NCBI GenBank assembly: GCA_963980225.1
Contig: CAXBYW010000004.1
Location: 13,007-77,006 of the forward strand
Direction of reading: 5' to 3'
DNA length: 64,000 bases
DNA from: an uncultured bacterium
Lineage (GTDB): Bacteria; Patescibacteriota; Microgenomatia; UBA1400; MFAQ01
Within the stretch, counting starts at the first letter, position 1. Every line of letters starts with the position of its first letter. Below the pieces are notes generated by a model. The model was not told the DNA's origin. It searched no databases and saw only the letters and a list, made by a program, of their open reading frames with translations. Shown here in pieces: positions 9,152 through 17,650 of the stretch. The position numbers were made by a program, and so were the translations under genes.

Positions 9152-9224
9152 GCGCCCATAGCTTAATGGATAGAGCACTTGATTGCGGATCAAGAGGTTA
9201 CAAGTTCGAGTCTTGTTGGGCGCA
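9152..9224 (+). tRNA. tRNA-Arg(GCG)
   Basis: 73-nt cloverleaf GCGCCCA../..TGGGCGC-A. Anticodon stem CTTGA/TCAAG with loop TTGCGGA (anticodon GCG, G37). CCA not encoded. Confidence 0.7.
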
Positions 9225-9236
9225 CAATAAAGGCAA

Positions 9237-9321
9237 GGAGGGTTGGCCGAGTGGTCTATGGCGTTGGTTTCGAAAACCAATGGGTGTTAAGCCCGCACAG
9301 GTTCGAATCCTGTACCCTCCG
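9237..9321 (+). tRNA. tRNA-Ser(CGA)
   Basis: Acceptor GGAGGGT/ACCCTCC-G. Anticodon loop TTCGAAA (CGA). Long variable arm. Near-duplicate backbone of tRNA-Ser(UGA). Confidence 0.85.
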
Positions 9322-9344
9322 CAGTATTTACTTGCAATCTTGAT

Positions 9345-10397
9345 TTGACACAATCTTCGGGTTTTGTTAGACTAAATATAGGTATGAGATGGGTTTTTGC
9401 AGATGATGATCAAGTAAGTTTTTTTAAAGAAATTAAAGAGAAATCTGGTTTATCTAATGAAGTATTGGGTAGTTTTATTGGTGTGTCTGGTAGGAGTTTT
9501 GGTGACTGGGTTAATAGAAAGACGCTGCCTTCAAAAGAAGGTGTGTTAAGGTTGGGTCAAAAGTTTAAGATAATGGTTCCAAAGATATTGGAAGAAAGAG
9601 AGGAATTTTGGAGTGGAAGAATTCACGGAAGGAAAGCGGCTTTAAAGAGATTGAAGATTTATGGTCCTCCAGGTACACCCGAGGGTAGGAGGAAGGGTGG
9701 TTTGGTTTCCTGGCAAAGAAGACGAGAAAATCCTGATGTTTACAGGAAGCTAGGGTGTATTGTAGGAAATAAATTTATTAAACCAAAAAAGTCAGAAGAC
9801 CTAGCTGAGTTTGTTGGTATTGTTTTGGGGGATGGCTGTTTAACTAAAGATCAGTGTCAGATTTCTCTTAACATGATAGATGATAAAGAATATGTGAAGT
9901 ATGTTGCAAGATTGGTTTCAAAGCTTTTTGGATATGATCCAACAGTGGCTGAATATCCAGGGCAAACTGTTACGAGGATTATTATTACAGGTGTGTATTT
10001 TATAAAAATAATGAAAAGTTTTGGTTTGATAGTGGGAAATAAAACCAAGAATCAGGTTGGTGTCCCGGAATGGATAAAATCTGATAAAAACTTTTTTCGT
10101 GCCTGCATTAGGGGTTTGTTCGATACTGATGGAGGTACCTTTACTCACAAGCATAAAGTAAAGAGATACGATTATTGCCATTTTGGTTTAACTTATACAT
10201 CAGCTTGTAAACCACTGCTGTCTAGTTTTAAGAAATGTTTGGAGGTTGATGATATCAAGACTTATGGAAAAAAAGATTGTCTGTTTGTGTATAGAGTTGG
10301 TGATATTAATAGTTTTTTTAATATATATCAGACGAAGAATTTAAAACATGTTTATAGATTTAAAGACCATCTAAGTCGATCGACTAGGCTTAATTGA
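9345..10397 (+). CDS. double-motif LAGLIDADG homing endonuclease-like protein
   Basis: Two canonical LAGLIDADG motifs are present: FVGIVLGDGCLTK and IRGLFDTDGGTF, spaced about 100 aa apart. Free-standing between tRNA genes. The annotated start overlaps the tRNA 3' end, so the true start is probably the internal Met (MRWVF). Confidence 0.7.
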   Translation: MTQSSGFVRLNIGMRWVFADDDQVSFFKEIKEKSGLSNEVLGSFIGVSGRSFGDWVNRKTLPSKEGVLRLGQKFKIMVPKILEEREEFWSGRIHGRKAALKRLKIYGPPGTPEGRRKGGLVSWQRRRENPDVYRKLGCIVGNKFIKPKKSEDLAEFVGIVLGDGCLTKDQCQISLNMIDDKEYVKYVARLVSKLFGYDPTVAEYPGQTVTRIIITGVYFIKIMKSFGLIVGNKTKNQVGVPEWIKSDKNFFRACIRGLFDTDGGTFTHKHKVKRYDYCHFGLTYTSACKPLLSSFKKCLEVDDIKTYGKKDCLFVYRVGDINSFFNIYQTKNLKHVYRFKDHLSRSTRLN

Positions 10398-10415
10398 GGT
10401 ATAATTTGTTATGTT

Positions 10416-10499
10416 GGAGGGATGCAGGGAATGGTTAACCGGAACGCTTGGAAAGCGTTTGCCCTAACGGGCTTGGGGGTTCGAGTCCCCCTCCCTCCG
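10416..10499 (+). tRNA. tRNA-Ser(GGA)
   Basis: Acceptor GGAGGGA/TCCCTCC-G. Anticodon stem AACGC/GCGTT with loop TTGGAAA (GGA). Long variable arm. T-loop TTCGAGT. Confidence 0.8.
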
Positions 10500-10540
10500 C
10501 AGAGTAAGTGTTTTTTAGTATTTAGGATAGAATAGGGATT

Positions 10541-12310
10541 ATGGATCAGGTTGAAGAAATTAAGAGAAAAGTAAATATTGTTTCGTTGATTGGTGAGTAT
10601 GTTACTTTAAAGAATACGGGTAGAAACCATAAAGGACTGTGTCCGTTTCATGGAGAGAAAAGCCCGTCGTTTATGGTAAATGAGGAGTTACAGATTTATA
10701 AATGTTTTGGGTGTGGAGTTGGAGGTGATGTAATCAAGTTTTTGATGGAGATTGAGGGTTTAGATTTTATAGAAGCGTTGGAAAAACTGGCTAAAAGAGC
10801 TGGGGTTAAGTTAGAGAAAAAGGGGAGAGATAATCAGAGTAGTGAAAAGAAACGAGTATTGGAGATGCATTCTTTGGCTGGTGAGTACTATCATTACTTG
10901 CTTATGGAGCATAAGGTTGGAGAGGTGGCAAGAAAGTATTTGTTGGGTAGGGGTTTGAACAAGAAAATTTGGGAGAGTTTTCGTTTAGGTTTTTCTTTAT
11001 CTACATGGGATGGGTTGAGTAAGTTTTTGATTGAAAAAAAGGGTTTTAAGGAGAATGAACTAATCAGTGCAGGACTTTCGATAAAGGGAAGTAAGGGAGG
11101 AGTGTATGACAGGTTTAGAGGTAGGATAATGTTTCCTTTACTTGATAGTGGTGAGAAGGTGGTTGGTTTTTCAGGTAGGGTAATTCCTGAACTTGCTAGG
11201 GAAAATGAACCTAAATATATAAACTCACCGGAGACGCTTGTGTACCATAAGTCACAGATGCTTTTTGGTTTGACTCAAGCAAGGCAAGCGATAAGAAAAA
11301 AGGATCAGGTGGTGGTAGTGGAAGGAGAGTTGGACATGATTAGTTCCTTTATGGCAGGAGTGACTGAGACGGTGGCTATTAAAGGGTCTGCTTTAACAGA
11401 GGAAATGGTAGAGAAACTAGCTAGGTTGTGTAACTTGGTTATCTTGGCTTTGGATGCTGATGATGCAGGCGAGGAAGCGTTGAAGAAGTCTATTGAGACA
11501 CTGGAAAAAAGAGGTTTGGAGGTAAAAGTGGTGTATTGGTCTGACGGTAAGGATCCAGATGAACTAGCTAGAAAAAACCCTTTGTCGTGGAGAAAACTGG
11601 TTGACAAGCCGGTGTCGGTATATGAATGGATAATGAAAAAGGCTTTTGATAAATGGGGGGTGGAGACGCCGGAAGACATAAAAAAAATAGTAAAAATGAC
11701 TGTGCCTTACTTGTCCAAGATAGAAAATAGGGTGGTGGCGGAAGTTTGGGTGAAGAGGTTGGCGGAAAAACTAGGTGTAGGTAAAGAAAGAGTTTGGGAA
11801 GAGGTTGAAAAAAGTGGAAAAAGAAGTGAGTTAAGAACTGAGTCAAGTACTAAGGAGGTAGAGAAAATAGAGGAGACGGACAACAAGACACATAAACTTA
11901 CAGAAAGACTTTTAACTGTTCTGTTTCAACTTGAGGGAGAAGAAAAAGGGTTGGTGAAAAAGATACTTTCAGGGATTAGTTTGGATGGTGCTGCCGGTAA
12001 ACTCTTAATAAGGTGGGTTAAGACTAAAGATGGAAAGATTGCTAGTTGGATCAAGAAGTTGCCGGATGAATTAAGAGTGGTGGCAGAAAGGTGTTTTATT
12101 AATGAAAAAGAAGAAGGTTTAGGGGAAAGAGAGGTTGTTAGGTTAGCTGTGGACTTGGCTAGAAATAAATTACAGGAAGAAAGAGTAGTTTTGATCGGTA
12201 AGTTGGAAATGGTGGAAAAGACTGATGATGAGGGTAAAATAGAGGAAATTAGTAGGAGATTGGTGTGGCTAGACAAGAAAGAAAGATTAATAGTTGGGTT
12301 TTTGATCTAG
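10541..12310 (+). CDS. dnaG: DNA primase
   Basis: N-terminal CHC2 zinc finger ([18 protein letters not shown]). Toprim region present ([24 protein letters not shown]). Confidence 0.9.
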   Translation: MDQVEEIKRKVNIVSLIGEYVTLKNTGRNHKGLCPFHGEKSPSFMVNEELQIYKCFGCGVGGDVIKFLMEIEGLDFIEALEKLAKRAGVKLEKKGRDNQSSEKKRVLEMHSLAGEYYHYLLMEHKVGEVARKYLLGRGLNKKIWESFRLGFSLSTWDGLSKFLIEKKGFKENELISAGLSIKGSKGGVYDRFRGRIMFPLLDSGEKVVGFSGRVIPELARENEPKYINSPETLVYHKSQMLFGLTQARQAIRKKDQVVVVEGELDMISSFMAGVTETVAIKGSALTEEMVEKLARLCNLVILALDADDAGEEALKKSIETLEKRGLEVKVVYWSDGKDPDELARKNPLSWRKLVDKPVSVYEWIMKKAFDKWGVETPEDIKKIVKMTVPYLSKIENRVVAEVWVKRLAEKLGVGKERVWEEVEKSGKRSELRTESSTKEVEKIEETDNKTHKLTERLLTVLFQLEGEEKGLVKKILSGISLDGAAGKLLIRWVKTKDGKIASWIKKLPDELRVVAERCFINEKEEGLGEREVVRLAVDLARNKLQEERVVLIGKLEMVEKTDDEGKIEEISRRLVWLDKKERLIVGFLI

Positions 12311-12356
12311 TAGCTTTGAATTTTTTACCGTTTGTGGTAAGCTAGGGAGATCAGTT

Positions 12357-13508
12357 TTGTTTGAAAAATCAAGATATATGGCTACAAAAAAGACCAAGAA
12401 ACAAACCAAGAAACAGGCAGGGACAAAGACGTTGCCTGTTGAGATGATTATTAAAACTCTTTTAAAAAAAGGAAAAGAGTATGGTTTTGTAACCCAAGAA
12501 GAGATTTTTGAGTATTTCCCTGACGCAGAAAAGAGAGTTGATGATTTGGATAAATTATACAATGAGCTGTTTTCGGCAGAGATTGATGTGTTTGAGAGTG
12601 TTTTGATGGGGGAAGAGAGTGTGGTAGTAAATGCTGATTTAGAGAAGGAGCTAGAAGAAGTTTCTAAAATGGATAGGAAAACTATTAATGACCCGGTAAG
12701 GATGTATTTAAGAGAGATTGGAAGAATTCCTCTTTTGAAAAGAGAGGAAGAGATTTCTTTAGCTCAACAAGTTGATAGAGATGATCCTAAAGCTAAGGCT
12801 AAGTTGACCCAAAGTAACTTAAGGTTGGTTGTTTCTATTGCTAAGAAGTATATGGGAAGAGGTATGAGCTTTTTAGACTTAATCCAAGAAGGAAATAAGG
12901 GTTTGATTAGAGCGGTAGAAAAATATGACTGGACAAAGGGATACAAATTTTCCACTTATGCAACCTGGTGGATTAGACAGGCAATAACTAGGGCAATTGC
13001 TGATCAGGCAAGAACGATTAGAATTCCAGTTCATATGGTAGAGACGATTAATAAGTTAATTCGTACTCAGAGAAAACTAATGCAAGATCTGGGTAGGGAA
13101 CCAACTGATGAAGAAGTGGGTGACGAGTTAGAGATTACACCAGAGAGAGTTAGGGAGATTTTGAAGATTTCACAGAAGACAACTTCTTTGGAGACTCCAA
13201 TTGGAGATGAGGAAGATTCGCTTTTAGGAGACTTTATTCCAGATGACAGACAAGCTTCACCATATGAAGTAACTAGTAAACAGTTAATGCATGAGAACTT
13301 AGAGTCGGCTCTTGATGCTTTAACAGAAAGAGAAAGTAAGGTACTAAAGATGCGATTTGGTTTGGCTGGGAGTAAGCCACTTACACTAGAAGAGGTAGGA
13401 AGACATTTTGGAGTAACCAGGGAAAGAATAAGACAGATCGAGAGTAAGGCGATAAGGAAGCTAAGACATCCAAGTAGAAAACGAAGACTGCAGGACTTTT
13501 TAGATTAG
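12357..13508 (+). CDS. rpoD: RNA polymerase primary sigma factor (sigma-70 family)
   Basis: Regions 2-4 are conserved ([28 protein letters not shown]; region 4 [22 protein letters not shown]). Follows dnaG as in the macromolecular-synthesis operon. Confidence 0.9.
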   Translation: MFEKSRYMATKKTKKQTKKQAGTKTLPVEMIIKTLLKKGKEYGFVTQEEIFEYFPDAEKRVDDLDKLYNELFSAEIDVFESVLMGEESVVVNADLEKELEEVSKMDRKTINDPVRMYLREIGRIPLLKREEEISLAQQVDRDDPKAKAKLTQSNLRLVVSIAKKYMGRGMSFLDLIQEGNKGLIRAVEKYDWTKGYKFSTYATWWIRQAITRAIADQARTIRIPVHMVETINKLIRTQRKLMQDLGREPTDEEVGDELEITPERVREILKISQKTTSLETPIGDEEDSLLGDFIPDDRQASPYEVTSKQLMHENLESALDALTERESKVLKMRFGLAGSKPLTLEEVGRHFGVTRERIRQIESKAIRKLRHPSRKRRLQDFLD

Positions 13509-13522
13509 TATAGAATTAAAGT

Positions 13523-13843
13523 ATGATAGGAAAACTTTTAGTTAGTACGATCGCCTTTTATGTAACAGCTTACTTGGTCCCTGGAGTAACGATTGCAGGC
13601 TGGGCCCCTTTATTGGTGGTGTCTGTTGTTTGGGGGATACTAGCTATGTTGATTAGACCTTTACTGATACTTTTGACTTTACCGGTTAATATTATGACTT
13701 TGGGACTATTTACCTTGGTTATAAACGCGGCTTTGGTACTGATGACAGCTAGGTTAGTGGAAGGATTTAGTGTAGAGAGTTTTGGCGCAGCCATGATTGC
13801 AGCCTTAGTGCTGGCAATTATCAATATGATTTTTGGGAGATGA
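13523..13843 (+). CDS. phage-holin-4_2-like (PF04020 family) small membrane protein
   Basis: 106 aa with 3-4 TM helices and the family pattern YLVPGVTIAGW..LIRPLLILLTLPVNIMTLGLFTLVINAALV..LVEGFSVESFG. Confidence 0.6.
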   Translation: MIGKLLVSTIAFYVTAYLVPGVTIAGWAPLLVVSVVWGILAMLIRPLLILLTLPVNIMTLGLFTLVINAALVLMTARLVEGFSVESFGAAMIAALVLAIINMIFGR

Positions 13844-14157
13844 AAAGGTTTTCAGGATTTTTGGAGTTTGTCCGTGAACAGGGTGTGGTGGGTTTGGCAG
13901 TTGGTTTTATTTTAGGAGGGTCGGTGTCCAAGGTGGTGTCTTCTTTGGTAAAGGATGTTATTAACCCTATCTTGGGAATATTTTTAGGAGCAACCGGTAA
14001 CTTGAGCTCGTACAGCTTGAGGATTGGCTCATCGGAAATTCTGTGGGGTAGTTTCTTATCGGTATTGATTGATTTTGTGTTAATTGCTTTTGTGGTGTAT
14101 TTTGGGGTGAAAAAACTAGGATTAGATAAGTTAGACAAGAAGAAAGAGAAGAAGTAG
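13840..14157 (+). CDS. mscL: large-conductance mechanosensitive channel
   Basis: 105 aa. MscL signature: FREFVREQGVVGLAVGFILGGSVSKVVSSLVKDVINPILG, a second TM helix, and a KKEKK C-terminal tail. Confidence 0.85.
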   Translation: MKRFSGFLEFVREQGVVGLAVGFILGGSVSKVVSSLVKDVINPILGIFLGATGNLSSYSLRIGSSEILWGSFLSVLIDFVLIAFVVYFGVKKLGLDKLDKKKEKK

Positions 14158-14252
14158 GTTGAAGTTTTTAGATTATGGCTTGGTTTGAGAGTGTTTTTAG
14201 GTTAAAATAGTGAGGCTTCTGGAATTTATTTTTAGAAGTTGTACATTTATAT

Positions 14253-14541
14253 TCCCCGGTAGCTCAGTTGGTAGAGCGCGCGACTGTCGATTGGCAGCTT
14301 CCATTGGAAACTTTGGAATGATAATTGGGTGAACTGCGGGAAGCCTAAGTGGTTAATAACTATATGGGAATCCGCAGCCAAGCCCACTTTTAGTGGGAAG
14401 GTTCAGAGACTAGGTGAGTACACCCTAGAGCGCCCGACACCTAAATTCGAAAGGATATGGTGATGAGATAGTCCACGCCATTTGGAAACAAGTGGATTAA
14501 GTGTAATCGCTAGGTCACTGGTTCGAGTCCAGTCCGGGGAG
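14253..14541 (+). tRNA. tRNA-Asn(GUU) interrupted by a group I intron in the anticodon loop (exons 14253-14287 and 14504-14541)
   Basis: The exons reconstitute a canonical tRNA-Asn: TCCCCGG-TA-GCTCAGTTGGTAGAGC-G-CGCGA-CTGT^TAA-TCGCT-AGGTC-ACTGGTTCGAGTCCAGT-CCGGGGA-G. It closely parallels E. coli tRNA-Asn, including U1-A72 and the CUGUUAA loop. Confidence 0.8.
14288..14503 (+). ncRNA. group I self-splicing intron (216 nt, ORF-less) inserted between anticodon positions 35 and 36 of tRNA-Asn
   Basis: The 5' exon ends in U and the intron ends in G (omega-G). The intron's GCAG pairs with exon CUGU to form P1 with a U-G wobble. The intron 5' CGAUUG pairs perfectly with the 3' exon UAAUCG to form P10. 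The core resembles known tRNA group I introns (CGCAGCCAAG, AGAGACUAG as in the Azoarcus/Anabaena P7 region). Confidence 0.75.
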
Positions 14542-14609
14542 CTCGATTTTTTACTCAAATGATTTTATGGCCCAACGTGGACAATTCAACCTTTTGGTAA
14601 ACTTAAGCT

Positions 14610-15209
14610 ATGAAAATTAGTCTGGGCAAGTTTAAGTATGTAGCTTTGAATAAGGAGAGGGAAAGTAATAATATCTTCGTTCAGAGTAGGCCCGAGCAAT
14701 GGTTTTTTGTGCTGATTCCTTATGTGGTTGGTGCGGCTATCTCTCAAAATTGGCACTGGTTAATCTTTTTGTTTTTTACTTTTCCATATAATTATTTTGT
14801 TTATAAATTCGATGATATCTTGGAGAACAAGTATGGGAAAGGTGACTATGAAATTATTAGTGCACCAATTTATTTTATAGTTCCTTTTATTGCGGGGTTT
14901 GGGAAGATTGATGTGCTGATTATTGTTGGTTTGTATTTATGGATGTTTGGAGCAAATGCTGTTCATAGTATTGGTCATAAGGAAATTAACTTAAGATGGG
15001 CATATTTTTTATTACCCATAATACTTTTTGGAGCTTATCTGATGTCAAAGACGTCTCTTTTTTCGTACATGTTTTTCAAAGCAACTCTTGTGGTGGGCTT
15101 TACTCATTTAATGTTATTGATAACAAACACATGGCGGGATGATTATTGGATTGCAACATTTGGACTATATGTTGGTTTGGGGTTATACGAAGGCTTACTG
15201 TATTTATAG
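14610..15209 (+). CDS. hypothetical polytopic membrane protein
   Basis: 199 aa with about 6 predicted TM helices. No diagnostic motif. Confidence 0.45.
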   Translation: MKISLGKFKYVALNKERESNNIFVQSRPEQWFFVLIPYVVGAAISQNWHWLIFLFFTFPYNYFVYKFDDILENKYGKGDYEIISAPIYFIVPFIAGFGKIDVLIIVGLYLWMFGANAVHSIGHKEINLRWAYFLLPIILFGAYLMSKTSLFSYMFFKATLVVGFTHLMLLITNTWRDDYWIATFGLYVGLGLYEGLLYL

Positions 15210-15314
15210 TTATAAAAAATAAGTTTCCTTATGGTTCGTGTAAGTTGATGTAAATAGATTCTGGCGAACCCAATCCTGGGAACTTAGCATGATTTAGATT
15301 GGTACAATGAAAGT

Positions 15315-16043
15315 ATGAATAAAAAAGTGTTGATGGTGGTGTTGGGCTTTTTCGTAATAAGCGTTAGTGTCTTTTTTATATCGAAAGGGAAGGTAAGTCA
15401 GGAGAACATGGAAGCAGAAGTTACCATAAGAGAACCTGAGACAGTGGTGCAAGAAGAAGTGGTTATGCTTGTCGCCAAACTAGAAGATGTGAGTGGGGGT
15501 GATTCTAGTGGGACGGCTATTATAATAAGAGAGAATGTTTTAAAACATGAGGTTGAGGCAAGTTTGCCTGAGTTAGTTGGTGACACCTTTTATGAGGGTT
15601 GGTTGGTAAAACAAAAACCCAGTTTAAAGTTTTTTTCGACTGGAGTAATAAGATTACCAGCAGAGAAACTGAGACATTTTATTGAAGGGGCCTACTTCTT
15701 ACCAAGCAGAGCAACGCAAGAAGAGATAGATATGAAGATTTCATGTTTGTCGAAATCCAGAGTGATCATAACCCAAGGAGATGCGGTTGTGTCTCTTAAC
15801 GTTATCGACGCTCTGCGGGTTTCTCCAGGGGAGATAGGGGAGTTCGAAAGAACATTTCTATCGGAATCTACAGAAGATGATAAAGAACAGTTAAAATTGA
15901 TCTTTTGTGGATGGAAGACAACCTTCGAAGATAATAGTTATCTTGATCCATATTCTTGGTCAAGGTACATTTTTACCTTTGAAAAATTAGTTTTCCAAGA
16001 AGACTCTCGTAATCAACTAGACCAGACCAAACCATTACCTTAA
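15315..16043 (+). CDS. hypothetical protein with N-terminal signal anchor
   Basis: 242 aa. N-terminal TM/signal (VLMVVLGFFVISVSVFFI). No recognisable domain. Confidence 0.45.
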   Translation: MNKKVLMVVLGFFVISVSVFFISKGKVSQENMEAEVTIREPETVVQEEVVMLVAKLEDVSGGDSSGTAIIIRENVLKHEVEASLPELVGDTFYEGWLVKQKPSLKFFSTGVIRLPAEKLRHFIEGAYFLPSRATQEEIDMKISCLSKSRVIITQGDAVVSLNVIDALRVSPGEIGEFERTFLSESTEDDKEQLKLIFCGWKTTFEDNSYLDPYSWSRYIFTFEKLVFQEDSRNQLDQTKPLP

Positions 16044-16068
16044 CGGGAAAACGGTTTGGTCTTTTTTT
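16025..16068 (+). terminator. rho-independent terminator (9-bp stem GACCAAACC/GGTTTGGTC followed by T7)
   Basis: Perfect inverted repeat at 16025-16033 and 16053-16061 with a T-run at 16062-16068. Overlaps the stop of the 15315-16043 ORF, at a convergent gene junction. Confidence 0.55.
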
Positions 16069-16085
16069 GTTTATTTTTTGGGGTT

Positions 16086-16775
16086 TTAGAAAAACTCTAT
16101 TACTTGTTTAAATGTCGCCTCCTGTAAGCCTCGTCTTAGAATTTTTAAACCATCTCTTAGACGATGTCTGTATGGTTTGTTGACGGATATTTTGCCTTGG
16201 TTCTGTTTGAGTATTTTTTTTAGTTTTAATCTTGCTTTGGTTTTTGTTTTCCAACCTAAGAGCATGACAGCGTGTGGGTTTAGTTTTACTTCGTCGTCAA
16301 AAGGAACAGATATTGAAAACACAAGCTTTTCCTTTGTTTCTTTAAATAGTGATGACAGTCCATAGGGGGTAAAGCGAAAATAGTCTGATGGGTGTTTGTG
16401 AATATACATATTTTGATGTGAGGAAACTATCATAGCTCCCTTTTTGGAGAGTACTCTTTCTATTTCTTTTGCTATAACCCATGGTTTCTCGGCGTGTTCT
16501 AAGGTTTCTAGGCAAAGTATCAAGTCAAAAGAGTTGTTCTTGAAAGGGAGTTTTTCTCCATTTATTACTCTATCAACTCCTGTGCCTTTTCTCATGTCTA
16601 CTCCAATATATTCACTTCTGTTATCAAACAAACTTCTTAGGTTGGCTATTTTTTTTTGGTTTGATTCGTGCCTCGAGCCAATTTCTAGGACTCTTTTAGG
16701 GGTAGTTAGACTTTTAATTATGATTTCGACTGCTTGGCGTACGTGTATTGTCATGTTTAAGATATGATAGCGCAA
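16086..16775 (-). CDS. class I SAM-dependent methyltransferase
   Basis: 229 aa. Motif I region VLEIGSRHE. Methyltransf_11-like spacing (DLILCLETLEH..GAMIVSS). Confidence 0.6.
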   Translation of the reverse strand: MRYHILNMTIHVRQAVEIIIKSLTTPKRVLEIGSRHESNQKKIANLRSLFDNRSEYIGVDMRKGTGVDRVINGEKLPFKNNSFDLILCLETLEHAEKPWVIAKEIERVLSKKGAMIVSSHQNMYIHKHPSDYFRFTPYGLSSLFKETKEKLVFSISVPFDDEVKLNPHAVMLLGWKTKTKARLKLKKILKQNQGKISVNKPYRHRLRDGLKILRRGLQEATFKQVIEFF

Positions 16776-16865
16776 ATGAAGGCTAAAGTCTTCATTGTTA
16801 GTTTATTTGATTAATTACCAAAGTATGTTTGGAGCCACTTCTTTATAGCGATAGGGTGATTTTTG

Positions 16866-16894
16866 TTGCTATTTGAGCTTAATAAGAATATAAT
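16866..16894 (+). promoter_or_regulatory. sigma70-like promoter (TTGCTA - 17 nt - TATAAT)
   Basis: -35 TTGCTA at 16866-16871, 17-nt spacer, consensus -10 TATAAT at 16889-16894, about 38 nt upstream of the ATG at 16932. Confidence 0.5.
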
Positions 16895-16931
16895 CCGGTA
16901 TACCGTATTAGTAATGGTGTAGTGAATTTTT

Positions 16932-17486
16932 ATGAATGATTTTAGATTTAATGACAGATCAAGAGGTGGTAGGGATGGGCGAGGTTCGTCTAGACCACCA
17001 CTACATGATGCAGTGTGTAATGAGTGTGGCAAGGACTGTAAGGTACCTTTTAGACCAAGTGGTAGCAAACCGGTGTTTTGTAGTGAGTGTTTCGAACAGA
17101 AGGGTGGAGGAGGAGACAGTAGAGATAATAGAGGTGGTAGATCAAACCAAAGAGATTCTTTTAGGCCACGTTTTGGTGATAGAGATTCTGGTAGGCCACC
17201 TAGACGAGAAGGTTCTGGTTCTCCTGATTTGTCACGACTAACAAGAGGTATTGACAGTTTAAATAGTAAGATGGATAGAATTATTAGTTTGTTGGAATCT
17301 TCAGCTGGGATTAAACCAAAGAAAGCTAAGGGTAAAAAAATGGATGAAGTGGCTGAAATGGTGGCGTCTTTGAAAAAGAGTGATGCTGATTTAGCGGCTG
17401 TTGAGAAAAAGAAGGCTCCTAAGTCTAAAGCTAAACCTAAAAAAACTTCTAAGTCTAAAGCTAAAACTAAGAAGATTAAAAAATAG
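16932..17486 (+). CDS. zinc-ribbon protein with RGG/RS-rich middle and lysine-rich histone-H1-like tail (probable nucleic-acid-binding protein)
   Basis: CNECGKDC..(17 aa)..CSECF forms a four-Cys zinc ribbon. Followed by RGG/RD/SR-rich low-complexity sequence and a C-terminal KAKPKKTSKSKAKTKKIKK tail. Confidence 0.55.
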   Translation: MNDFRFNDRSRGGRDGRGSSRPPLHDAVCNECGKDCKVPFRPSGSKPVFCSECFEQKGGGGDSRDNRGGRSNQRDSFRPRFGDRDSGRPPRREGSGSPDLSRLTRGIDSLNSKMDRIISLLESSAGIKPKKAKGKKMDEVAEMVASLKKSDADLAAVEKKKAPKSKAKPKKTSKSKAKTKKIKK

Positions 17487-17650
17487 TCCTATAATTGACA
17501 GTGATTGGGGAGTGTGTTACAATTTCTTTGTTAGCTAAAAAATGCTGATCAGTAGGTACTGATTTGAGTCGGTTAATTTGGATTTTAAGTATTTATACTT
17601 TCCCCTTTTTTCAATCGTCTCCTTTTTTGAGGCGATTAATATATAAAAAT

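Noticed and set aside
9166-9348. 60-aa ORF in the six-frame track
   Set aside because: Lies entirely over tRNA-Arg and tRNA-Ser(CGA) sequence. Its translation is an artefact of the tRNA genes.
14253-14541. Alternative reading of the split tRNA as tRNA-Asp(GUC), with 5' exon ending CUGUC
   Set aside because: That split makes the intron end in U rather than G. It gives an 8-nt or mis-paired loop. The exon backbone (U1-A72, CUGUUAA loop, AGGUC variable loop) matches tRNA-Asn much better.
16811-17068. 85-aa minus-strand ORF overlapping the promoter and 5' end of the zinc-ribbon gene
   Set aside because: Overlaps a well-formed sigma70 promoter and a better-supported plus-strand gene. No motif.
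17564-17650. Upstream extension of the DEAD-box helicase ORF (MSRLIWILSIYTFPFFQ...)
   Set aside because: Hydrophobic, non-conserved leader. The internal Met at 17651 immediately precedes the RGG-rich region, which makes it the likelier start.
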